Assembly: GCA_944358115.1 (NCBI GenBank)
Contig: CALVQH010000001.1
Location: 5,263-69,262, forward strand
Direction: 5' to 3'
DNA from: an uncultured Bacilli bacterium
GTDB lineage: Bacteria; Bacillota_I; Bacilli_A; RF39; UBA660
DNA length: 64,000 nt
Shown piece after piece: positions 28,640 through 37,905 of this stretch (the stretch's first letter is position 1; every line of letters starts with the position of its first letter). The position numbers and the translations under genes are program-made. The notes under the pieces were generated by a model, which was not told the origin of the DNA, ran no database searches, and worked only from the letters and a program-made list of their open reading frames with translations.

Positions 28640-28824
28640 TTAACTTCACTCTCCAATAAATTCATAAGTTTTGCAAGGATTGCTTGATGCTTCTTAAGTT
28701 CACTTTTTAAAAATGTCTTCAAATTTTTGTCTTGAAGCATCTGAATAGCATCAGCAACAATTTGTCCTACATTTTGTTCATGACCAATTGCATCTTCCAC
28801 ATATAATAATTCTTTTTGTGTCAT
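28636..28824 (-). CDS. Small Coat F-like/hypothetical protein (62 aa), translationally coupled to the downstream gene
   Basis: 4-nt overlap with the downstream ORF; helical small protein. Confidence 0.3.
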   Translation of the reverse strand: MTQKELLYVEDAIGHEQNVGQIVADAIQMLQDKNLKTFLKSELKKHQAILAKLMNLLESEVK

Positions 28825-28892
28825 AAAAACACCTCCTAAAACTAGTATGAGCAGAAGAGGGATTTTTAAACAAAAAAATAAGAGAATGACTC

Positions 28893-30248
28893 TTATTTAT
28901 TATAGGTATTTACTAAATTAGTAAATATAGTTTGTAAATTTTTAAGTCCCACTTCGTCTTTTGCTTCACATCGCATTGTGATATTAGGCCCTGTATTACT
29001 AGCTCGCACTAAAGCCCAACCGGTTGAGAAATTAGCTCGTACCCCATCGATTGTATTTAAAGACCATTTTTGCAATTCACAAAATTCTTTTATTTTTTTA
29101 ACTACCTCAAATTTTTTATCATCTGGACTTGGAAATTTAATTTCTGGTGTACTGTAATATTTAGGAATATCAGAGAGGAGAGAACTTAAACTTTTATTGG
29201 TTTTACTCAAAATTTCAAGTAAGCGAAGTCCGGCATAAATACCACTTCCAACATCCGCAATTTTATCTCGGAAATAAAAATGTCCTGAATATTCTCCTCC
29301 AAAAGGCATATCATCTTCTTTTACTTTTGCTTGCGTATAACTAGCGCCAGTCCGGTAACATACCGGAGTACCACCCAGTCTTTTGATTTCATCTTCTAGA
29401 GCCTTGGAGCACTTAACATCATAAAGGAAAGTTTTATTTTTAACTTTATTAATAATATCGCGAATTATCAGAATCATAAAGTGATCACTAGGAACGACTT
29501 GACCGAGTTCATTGACAATACCAAGTCGATCACCATCGCCATCAAAAGCAATACCACAATCAGCCTTTTTAGCTACTACTGTCTTTTTTAAGACTTCCAA
29601 ATTTGCTTCCACATTAGGATCTGGATGATGATTAGGGAAATTGCCATCACTTTCTTCAAATAAAATTTCAAAATCAACATTTACTTTTTCAAAAATCTTT
29701 CTTGCAATAATAGATGTGGTTCCGTTTCCAAGGTCAATAATCACTTTTCTTTTTCTTCTGCCAAATTCTACTCCATATCTTAAATATTCTACATACTTAT
29801 CAGTAATATTACCACTAGAAACGGTTCCATTACCTGTTAAAAATTTACCAGCTAAAGTATAATTTTTAAAGTCTTCAATCATTTCGCCTCGAGCATTTGC
29901 CAAATTATCAAAAGAAAATTTAAAACCATTATCATCTTTAGGATTATGACTAGCCGTAATCATAATACCAAATAAATTGTGAATAAAGCGCGCATAATAA
30001 TGCATTGGTGTTGTGGTAAGTCCATAATTATAAACGTTTAACCCACTATCCGTAATTCCTTTTGTAAGATAAGCAGCAAGACTTGGACTAGATAAGCGAT
30101 TATCATAAGAGACAATACATGTTGTTTGATTTAATTTTTCTCTTAAATAGCTGCCATAACTTCTGCCAATCGTATAAGCGACGGTTTCATTAATTTCGGT
30201 AGGGTAAACACCTCTAATATCATACTCTCGAAATATATTTGGATTCAT
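28893..30248 (-). CDS. Phosphoglucomutase/phosphomannomutase family protein
   Basis: Active-site TASHNPKDDNGFKF and the metal-binding DGDGDR loop. Confidence 0.85.
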   Translation of the reverse strand: MNPNIFREYDIRGVYPTEINETVAYTIGRSYGSYLREKLNQTTCIVSYDNRLSSPSLAAYLTKGITDSGLNVYNYGLTTTPMHYYARFIHNLFGIMITASHNPKDDNGFKFSFDNLANARGEMIEDFKNYTLAGKFLTGNGTVSSGNITDKYVEYLRYGVEFGRRKRKVIIDLGNGTTSIIARKIFEKVNVDFEILFEESDGNFPNHHPDPNVEANLEVLKKTVVAKKADCGIAFDGDGDRLGIVNELGQVVPSDHFMILIIRDIINKVKNKTFLYDVKCSKALEDEIKRLGGTPVCYRTGASYTQAKVKEDDMPFGGEYSGHFYFRDKIADVGSGIYAGLRLLEILSKTNKSLSSLLSDIPKYYSTPEIKFPSPDDKKFEVVKKIKEFCELQKWSLNTIDGVRANFSTGWALVRASNTGPNITMRCEAKDEVGLKNLQTIFTNLVNTYNK

Positions 30249-30377
30249 ATTTAACCTCTTTCTATCCTCCTAATGATAACATAAAAAAGTATGAAATTCA
30301 ATTGCTTATCACCAAGTTCTATGTTATAATGAATTAAATTGATAAATATTTTTTGGCATGAAAGTAGGGATACTAGA

Positions 30378-32621
30378 ATGAACACAGAAGAATTAAGACA
30401 AACATTATTTGAAATGATTGAGGAAGGAAGAAATTTATCACTTTCTGAAACAGAATTAGTTCCTCATACGGAAGTAAGAGTAAAAAAGGGTAAGACACAA
30501 GATTTTTTAAATTTGGCAAAAGAGTATTATCAAAGACAAATAAAAGAAGAAGAAGCCTTAAATTATGTTTTAAAAGATTTAAAAGAACCGGAAGAAGAAA
30601 ATCTATTAGAAGATAAGGAAAACAATATATATAAAAAGGATTTTCAAAAATTAGAAGAACTAAATAAAAGTTTAGAATTAAATGCGAAAGATAGAGCAAA
30701 ATATCAGAAAGCCAAAGACGATCTAAGTAAAAGAGCAGAACAAGATCCTGGAATCTGGAGTGAGATAAGAAATCTTCAAGATTTAATAAAATCCTTAGAA
30801 GATGAAAAAAGAGAAATACAAAATAATATTGCTAAAATAAAAGATGAGATTAATAATCGTGTAAAAGCTTTAGTAGAAGAAAGAATGAATACTCTAAGAG
30901 AACGCTATCTTGCTTCTAAACCCAAAGATCATGAGACCGGTTATGATGATGCTTTTATTTTAAAAGAAGATAAAGAAGAATATGATGATTTATATTTATT
31001 ATTAAAAGTAATCGAAAATGCAAGGGAAGACCTTCCTTTGATAAATATTGATAATCTTATATGTGTAAACCCTCATCAAGAAGCAACCGCTCACATATTA
31101 ACCTCAAGACTCTCAATATTAAAAAGTTTAAATCCAGAAATAAAGCCATTAAAAAAGCCCCAACTATTGGAATTAAACGAAGAATTGACAAAAGAAATTG
31201 CAATGGAATTAGCAACACTAATTAAACATGCTAAAGATCACCCTGAAGAACCTTTAGCCGAAGGCAAAGAAGTATTAGCAAGTGATTTAGAAGAGTATAA
31301 TTTACTAGCAAAACAATTTGAAATATTGACCATGGTTTATGATACGGATACCTTGACAATGATAGGAAAGGCCAAAATACCAATTGAAAAAGAAGAAGAA
31401 TACAAACGTGTTTGCACGAAACTAGAAGCATTAAGAAAATTAAAGGAAGAAGCAAATGCTCACACTGAAAAAATAGAACCAACGGAAGGAAAAGGAAAGA
31501 AAAATCCCGCAAGCAAGTTAGAACATAAAGATACAAAAGAAAACAAAAATTTACCAGTAAAAGAGCAACTAAAAAGAAAAGCAGTAAAAATGATTCGCAA
31601 GGCAAAGAATCAAGAATGGTGGCAGAAAAATGGTAAAAAAGTAGTTGGTGTTGGTTTATCTCTAGCTGTTGCAGCTTATTCTCTTACCACACTTGCTCCT
31701 ACCGTTATTTATGCAACCAGCTGTTTATCTTTAGCAAATCCAGCTTTAGCAGGAGCTATTAATAGCTTTAATGCTAGTTTAATTAATGGACTAGGTCTTT
31801 CACTAGGATCTCTAAACTTAAATATTGCCGCAGCGAATGTAGGAGCAGCCATGCTTACCAGTTTAGTGAAATTAGGCCTCATCGGTGGAGGACTTGCCGC
31901 AGCAAACAAAATTATCAAAACGGAAGAAATGCAAAAACTACCTGATCCTGAAAGAAAAACACTTACACAAAAATTAATAAATTTAGGTGATCAAATCATT
32001 GGTAAAACAAAAGAAGTAGCTTCCACTCTTACTGATAAAGTATCTACCTTGACTGAAAATCTGGCCTATGCTACAGATGGCCCAAACATCAATTTAGTAA
32101 ATGAAGGCATTAAAGCAAAAATCGAGGCGGATAGCAATATTGAGTCTTTAGATGATGATGCAACATTTAAGGAAATACAAGAAGGGGTAACAAAGCAAAT
32201 CGCAGAACAAGAAAGTAAGCTAGAAGAAGAAGCGCAAAAAAGAAAAGCCATTGAAGATCGAATTAATGAAAGATTTAATAGTATTAAGCATGATGAAGCA
32301 GCAATTTATATCAAACCTACTAATATTGCCCCTCCAAAAGTGGAAGAAAAACTTACCCCACCGGTAATTAAACTTCCATCTGATGAAGAAATCATGCAAT
32401 CAATTAGTACAGAAAATCTAAATTTAGCGCGGATAGATAATTATTTAGAGGCAATGCAAGAAAATGATTTTATGACTGCTCGTAATCTTCAAAGTCTCAT
32501 TCTAGGTGAAACTGGAATCAATGTTGGCGAATATGATATAAAGGAAGAAGCGGAAATAAACCGCTTGAGGGAAGATATCTTAAATGCTACAAATAATAAA
32601 GAAGAAAAGAGGACTAGGTAA
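30378..32621 (+). CDS. Large coiled-coil protein with central Gly/Ala-rich hydrophobic segment
   Basis: K/E-rich heptad-like N- and C-terminal halves. The central ~100 aa (VVGVGLSLAVAAY...GLIGGGLAAANKII) is hydrophobic and low-complexity. ATG at 30378 behind a GGGA RBS. Confidence 0.4.
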   Translation: MNTEELRQTLFEMIEEGRNLSLSETELVPHTEVRVKKGKTQDFLNLAKEYYQRQIKEEEALNYVLKDLKEPEEENLLEDKENNIYKKDFQKLEELNKSLELNAKDRAKYQKAKDDLSKRAEQDPGIWSEIRNLQDLIKSLEDEKREIQNNIAKIKDEINNRVKALVEERMNTLRERYLASKPKDHETGYDDAFILKEDKEEYDDLYLLLKVIENAREDLPLINIDNLICVNPHQEATAHILTSRLSILKSLNPEIKPLKKPQLLELNEELTKEIAMELATLIKHAKDHPEEPLAEGKEVLASDLEEYNLLAKQFEILTMVYDTDTLTMIGKAKIPIEKEEEYKRVCTKLEALRKLKEEANAHTEKIEPTEGKGKKNPASKLEHKDTKENKNLPVKEQLKRKAVKMIRKAKNQEWWQKNGKKVVGVGLSLAVAAYSLTTLAPTVIYATSCLSLANPALAGAINSFNASLINGLGLSLGSLNLNIAAANVGAAMLTSLVKLGLIGGGLAAANKIIKTEEMQKLPDPERKTLTQKLINLGDQIIGKTKEVASTLTDKVSTLTENLAYATDGPNINLVNEGIKAKIEADSNIESLDDDATFKEIQEGVTKQIAEQESKLEEEAQKRKAIEDRINERFNSIKHDEAAIYIKPTNIAPPKVEEKLTPPVIKLPSDEEIMQSISTENLNLARIDNYLEAMQENDFMTARNLQSLILGETGINVGEYDIKEEAEINRLREDILNATNNKEEKRTR

Positions 32622-32890
32622 TGGAAAAAGAAGATATTATTACACTTGAAGATAATACCGAGTATATGGTGCTAGATACAGCTCTTTTAAATCAAGAAAA
32701 ATATTTATATTGTGTGCGAATAGATGAAGAAGAAAAACCAACAAGTGAATATAAATATTTTAAAGAGATTAATGAAAATAATGAATTATTCACGGAAGAA
32801 GTAGAAGATGAAGTCGTGATTGAAACCATTACTTCTATGTTCGCCGCTGATTATTTAAATAGTGTAACAGACGAAGAACAAGACGTTTAA
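32621..32890 (+). CDS. DUF1292-like small acidic protein
   Basis: MEKEDIITLEDNTEYMVLDT...YLYCVRIDEE pattern. Confidence 0.45.
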   Translation: MEKEDIITLEDNTEYMVLDTALLNQEKYLYCVRIDEEEKPTSEYKYFKEINENNELFTEEVEDEVVIETITSMFAADYLNSVTDEEQDV

Positions 32891-32894
32891 AAGG

Positions 32895-33080
32895 AAAACT
32901 AAAAAAGAGACTTGATGGTTGGTGAAAAATCAAGAGTAGAACTTTTAAAAAATCACTTGGGAGTCGAATATTTGATAAGTAAAATATTACGTAACTTTGC
33001 GTTAAAAAGAAAAAGAGAAAAATAAAGGTGGTACCGCGCATAAAACTTGCGCCCTTTGGTGCTACCTTTTTTGTGTAAAA
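32895..33080 (+). promoter_or_regulatory. T-box riboswitch leader controlling ileS
   Basis: Conserved T-box sequence AAAGGTGGTACCGCG at 33024-33038 overlapping a terminator (gcgccctttggtgctacc plus T6). Candidate AUC specifier at 32929-32931. Confidence 0.75.
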
Positions 33081-33093
33081 AGAAGGAGGAAAT

Positions 33094-36000
33094 ATGAAAA
33101 ATTTTAAAGATTTAGACAAACGTAACGTAAATTTAGTAGAAAAGGATATAAGGGATTACTGGGATAAAATAGATATCCTAAAAAGAAGTATTGAAACGAG
33201 AGATAAAGAAAATAACTTTGTTTTCTATGATGGACCAGCAACCGCAAATGGTATGCCAGGACTTCATCATATGGTAGCAAAATTCTTAAAAGATACATTC
33301 TGCAAATATGAAACAATGAAAGGAAAAAGAGTAATAAGAAAAATTGGTTGGGATACCCATGGCTTACCCGTGGAAGTTCAAGTTGAAAAGAAACTTGGGT
33401 TTACTGGCAAAGGTGACATTGAAAAATACGGAATTAAAGAATTTAATCAAAAATGCCGCGAAACTGTTTGGGAAAATGAAGATGCTTTCTCTAGACTAAC
33501 CAAAGAAATGGGACAATTCATTGATTTAGAGCATCCCTACATCACGTATAATAATGACTATATCGAAACGGAGTGGTGGATCTTAAAGAAATTCTTTGAT
33601 GAAGGATTATTCTATGAAGGTCTAAAAATTTTACCATATTGTCCTAGATGTGGTACCGGTCTTGCCTCACATGAAGTTCAACAAGGCTATAAAGAAGTAG
33701 AGGTAGATACAGTCATCGTTCCTTTTAAAAGAGTAGATAAAGATGAATATTTCTTAGTTTGGACAACTACTCCATGGACCTTAATTGCTAATGTTGCTTT
33801 ATGTGTTCATCCCGATGAAGATTATGTACTAGTAGAATCAAAAGGTTATAAATTTATTTTAGCTGCTAAATTAGCATCAACTGTTTTAGGCGAAGAATAC
33901 ACCGTTTTAGATACATTTAAAGGTAGTACCCTAGAAAATGTTGGTTATGAGCAATTGATACCAAGCTTGTCAGTTAATAAAAAAGCATTCTATGTAACGT
34001 GTGATACGTATGTAACCATGGAAGATGGAACGGGTATTGTTCACATTGCTCCTGCTTTTGGTGCGGATGATTATGAAGTAGGAAGACGTTATAATTTGCC
34101 AATTTTAAATCCAGTTGGTGATGATGGCTGTTATACGGAAGGATTATGGAAGGGAATGTTTGTCTTTGATGCGGATAAAGAAGTCATTAAATATTTAAAA
34201 GAAAATGATAAATTATTCAAAAAAATTCACATGACTCATAACTATCCTCATTGTTGGCGTTGTAATACTCCACTCATCTATTATTCAAAACCAAGTTATT
34301 ATTTAGAGATTACTAAAATAAAGGATAAAATTGTAGAAAATAATAAAAAGGTAAATTGGTACCCAGATTATGTCGGTGAAAAAAGATTTGGCAACTGGCT
34401 AGAAAACTTAAATGACTGGGCTATTTCTAGAAGTCGTTATTGGGGAACTCCACTACCACTTTGGAGATGTGAATGTGGCCATATGGATATGATTGGTTCC
34501 CGCACAGAATTAGTTGAAAAAGCGATTGAAGAAATTGATGAATCCATTGATTTACACCGTCCATATGTTGATGATGTTCATATCAAGTGTCCAAAATGTG
34601 GTAAAGTAATGAGTCGTACGCCAGAAGTAATTGACTGTTGGTTCGATAGTGGAGCAATGCCTTTTGCTCAATATCATTATCCATTTGAAAACATGGATAT
34701 CTTTGAATCTCAATTTCCAGCTGACTTCATTTGTGAAGGAATTGATCAAACCAGAGGTTGGTTCTATTCTTTAATTGTTATTGGTACTTTTGTAAAAGGT
34801 GTAAGTCCTTATAAAAATGTATTAGTAAACGAATTATTACTAGATAAACATGGTAAAAAAATGCATAAATCAAAAGGCAATGCAATTGAACCATTTAGCT
34901 TGATGGAGCGTTTCGGTGTAGATACTATTCGTTGGTACTTACCTTATACTTCTCCTGTATGGACCCCAATCAAGTTTGATGAAGATGGCTTAAAAGAAGT
35001 ATATTCAAAATTCTTTAATCCCCTAAGAAATACTTATAATTTCTTTCAATTATATGCCAATACCGATCATATTGATATTGATGAATGTAAAGTAGCTTAT
35101 GAAGATTTAGAAGAAATTGATAAATGGTTATTATCAAAATATCATAATCTATTAAAATATGTAATCGAATCTTATGATGAATATGATTTAAATAAAGTAG
35201 TAAAGAGTATTACTAACTTTGTATCAGAGGATCTATCAAACTGGTATATTAGAAGAAATAGAAGTCGCTATTGGGGTAGTGAGCTTAATAATTCCAAAAA
35301 AGCCGTTTATAGTACAACTTATGAAGTTTTAGTGGGTGTATGTAAAATGATCGCTCCCGTAATTCCATATTTAAGCGAAGAATTATATCGTAATCTAACG
35401 GGAGAAGAATCTGTTCATCTAGCATATTTCCCTAAATACAATACAGAATATATTGATCTAAAACTAGAAGAAAAAATGGATACAGTAAGAACCCTAATTA
35501 GTATTGGCCGAAATGTTCGTGAAGAAGCGAAAATTAAGGTCAGAGAACCACTTTCAGAATGTTTATTAAACGCTGATTTAAAAGACTTAATCTCTGATTT
35601 AAAAGATTTAATCTTAGAAGAATTAAATGTCAAAGAAGTAGTCTTTGCCAGTGATTTAAATAAATACATGAGTTTCTTTGTAAAGCCAAACTTTAAAGTA
35701 GCTGGACCTGTATTTGGATCTAACATTCAAGTATTTAGTAATATTCTAGCCAATTTAACCGAAGAAGAAATTACAACTTTAAATAAAGGAGAAACCATTC
35801 ATATCACGATAGATGATACAGAATATGAAATTGATTCAAGCTATACCGATATTCGTATTAATGCCAAAGAAGGATACAATGTAGGCATGGAAAATAATTT
35901 ATTTGTTATTTTAAATACTGTACGTAGTGAAGAATTAATTTTAGAAGGAATTGCTCGTGAATTTGTATCTAAAGTTCAAAATATAAGAAAGAAAGAAGAT

Positions 36001-36186
36001 TACAATGTAGCAGATCGTATTACTATCGCTTATCATGGTGATGAGGTAGTTAAAAAATCAGTAGAAATGTTTGAAGATTATATCAAGAGTGAAACATTAA
36101 CTACGAAAATTACTTATCAAGAAGAAATAAAAGATGATCTAGATCTAAATGGTCATCAAGCTGGAATTACGACAAAGAGAGTTTAG
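33094..36186 (+). CDS. ileS: Isoleucine--tRNA ligase (long, type-2-like form)
   Basis: HIGH-region PGLHHMVAKF, WAISRSRYWGTPLP, KMHKSKGN (KMSKS), C-terminal Zn-ribbon CPKCG. 1030 aa. Confidence 0.85.
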   Translation: MKNFKDLDKRNVNLVEKDIRDYWDKIDILKRSIETRDKENNFVFYDGPATANGMPGLHHMVAKFLKDTFCKYETMKGKRVIRKIGWDTHGLPVEVQVEKKLGFTGKGDIEKYGIKEFNQKCRETVWENEDAFSRLTKEMGQFIDLEHPYITYNNDYIETEWWILKKFFDEGLFYEGLKILPYCPRCGTGLASHEVQQGYKEVEVDTVIVPFKRVDKDEYFLVWTTTPWTLIANVALCVHPDEDYVLVESKGYKFILAAKLASTVLGEEYTVLDTFKGSTLENVGYEQLIPSLSVNKKAFYVTCDTYVTMEDGTGIVHIAPAFGADDYEVGRRYNLPILNPVGDDGCYTEGLWKGMFVFDADKEVIKYLKENDKLFKKIHMTHNYPHCWRCNTPLIYYSKPSYYLEITKIKDKIVENNKKVNWYPDYVGEKRFGNWLENLNDWAISRSRYWGTPLPLWRCECGHMDMIGSRTELVEKAIEEIDESIDLHRPYVDDVHIKCPKCGKVMSRTPEVIDCWFDSGAMPFAQYHYPFENMDIFESQFPADFICEGIDQTRGWFYSLIVIGTFVKGVSPYKNVLVNELLLDKHGKKMHKSKGNAIEPFSLMERFGVDTIRWYLPYTSPVWTPIKFDEDGLKEVYSKFFNPLRNTYNFFQLYANTDHIDIDECKVAYEDLEEIDKWLLSKYHNLLKYVIESYDEYDLNKVVKSITNFVSEDLSNWYIRRNRSRYWGSELNNSKKAVYSTTYEVLVGVCKMIAPVIPYLSEELYRNLTGEESVHLAYFPKYNTEYIDLKLEEKMDTVRTLISIGRNVREEAKIKVREPLSECLLNADLKDLISDLKDLILEELNVKEVVFASDLNKYMSFFVKPNFKVAGPVFGSNIQVFSNILANLTEEEITTLNKGETIHITIDDTEYEIDSSYTDIRINAKEGYNVGMENNLFVILNTVRSEELILEGIAREFVSKVQNIRKKEDYNVADRITIAYHGDEVVKKSVEMFEDYIKSETLTTKITYQEEIKDDLDLNGHQAGITTKRV

Positions 36187-36270
36187 AAATAAACTTTCTT
36201 TTTTTGTTCTAGCACTTCTCAAGTACTATTTTTCATATGAATAAATGTAGCATTTAGAAAGGAAATTTAT

Positions 36271-37425
36271 ATGAATTTAAATGATTTAAAAGTAAGCGGT
36301 ACCAACCAAATAGAATTAAACGATTCTCTAAAAACATCACTATTAAGTCTAAAAATATCATTAAATGAAAGTACCCAAATCCCTAGTAATAACGAATTAA
36401 CTATTTATGTCGATACAAGTTCTACTCCAACCGAAAATAGAAAAACTTATACATTTCAATTAGATAATGCTTTATCTATAGGAGACGAATTTATTATGGA
36501 ACCAGTTATTACAGATAAAAATATTGAACTAAAAGCATATGTGAAAAGGAGTACAAATGATATCGAAGAAATAGAATATCAAAATATTTTATTATTTGCA
36601 GGAACAAACTATATCTATACCAATTATGAAAATGCTACTATAGATATAATGTATCCTAAAAATAATGATTTAGTAAAATATTATTTAAATAACATTTTAT
36701 ATAGTTTAAATAATAAAAATAAAATACTTAGTTTAGATGATATTTATTTCAAAGATGCTTTTACTGAGGTAGATGATAAGTTGAATGCAGCTTTAAATAA
36801 TTTAAGCATTGATTGCCTTACATCCAATAATAACAAATTTAGTTTAGATAGTGATGGTAATTTAACAGTTAATAGCCTAACAACTACTGTTTCATCATCA
36901 GCAGATTTAGATTTTAATGAAATTTATCCAATTGGCTCTGTTTATTTAAGTGTTAATTCAACAAATCCAAGTGTTTACTTTGGAGGAACTTGGGAACAAA
37001 TTAACGGTTATTATCTATATGCTGGAAATACTAATAATACTGGTGGTAGTAGTTTAACAGGAGAAGCATCTGGAAATACAGGATCTACAACATTAACTGC
37101 AAATCAAATTCCAAGCCATAGCCATTCAATTCCTTCACTAAATGGTACGGCCTCTTCGAATGGATCCCACACTCACAATATCGGCGCTGATTTTGATGGA
37201 GGGGCCGGAAGTGCACGTTACACTGTTCATTCAAGAGGAACAAGTGGAGCAGGATATTTAATGGCAACGTCTTCTTCTGGAGCACATACTCATAGTGTAA
37301 GCACAAATGCAAGCAATACAGGTTCATCTGGAGGTACATCAAGTCATACACACTCATTAAATAATCATACTCACACAATTAATCCACCATTTTATAGTTT
37401 ATTTGTATTTAAAAGAACCGCTTAA
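36271..37425 (+). CDS. Phage tail-fibre-like protein with HxH metal-binding fibre tip
   Basis: IYPIGSVYLSVNS...GGTWEQI plus five HxH repeats (SHSHSI, SHTHNI, AHTHSV, SHTHSL, NHTHTI) like the T4 gp37/gp12 needle. Gly/Ser/Thr-rich. Confidence 0.6.
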   Translation: MNLNDLKVSGTNQIELNDSLKTSLLSLKISLNESTQIPSNNELTIYVDTSSTPTENRKTYTFQLDNALSIGDEFIMEPVITDKNIELKAYVKRSTNDIEEIEYQNILLFAGTNYIYTNYENATIDIMYPKNNDLVKYYLNNILYSLNNKNKILSLDDIYFKDAFTEVDDKLNAALNNLSIDCLTSNNNKFSLDSDGNLTVNSLTTTVSSSADLDFNEIYPIGSVYLSVNSTNPSVYFGGTWEQINGYYLYAGNTNNTGGSSLTGEASGNTGSTTLTANQIPSHSHSIPSLNGTASSNGSHTHNIGADFDGGAGSARYTVHSRGTSGAGYLMATSSSGAHTHSVSTNASNTGSSGGTSSHTHSLNNHTHTINPPFYSLFVFKRTA

Positions 37426-37509
37426 AAAAACATCTTTTGATGTTTTTTTAGTTATTTGCCAATGCCATATTCTAAAAAGTACATAAACTAACTATGGGAA
37501 GGAGGCATT

Positions 37510-37875
37510 ATGAAAAATATTAAAGGCTACGTAAATATGAAAACTGATTTAAACCTTATTCTTTTAAGAATACAATTTTTAGAAGAAAAAGAAAAGCAAA
37601 TAAATAAAGAAAAAGTATCTCTTGAAGAATTAAAACAAAAATTAACAAATATTTTAAATCAAACGGAAGAAAAATTGAAAGAGTTAAAAGGGATAGACAG
37701 AGAATTGTTTTATGAAATAATGGTAAAAGGAACCAATGTAACAAGAGCAGTAGATAAAGTATCAATTACATATGATGTTGATCCATCAACGATTTGGAAG
37801 TATTACTATCCTAAAATAAAAGAAGACATCAAAAAATTAGAAAAAGAAATAATGTCTAGCGAGATTCTAGTATAA
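37510..37875 (+). CDS. Small coiled-coil hypothetical protein
   Basis: ORF only; lies between the fibre-like gene and the RHS gene. Confidence 0.3.
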   Translation: MKNIKGYVNMKTDLNLILLRIQFLEEKEKQINKEKVSLEELKQKLTNILNQTEEKLKELKGIDRELFYEIMVKGTNVTRAVDKVSITYDVDPSTIWKYYYPKIKEDIKKLEKEIMSSEILV

Positions 37876-37905
37876 ACTTTCATATTTATATATCGGGGTG
37901 AGAAT

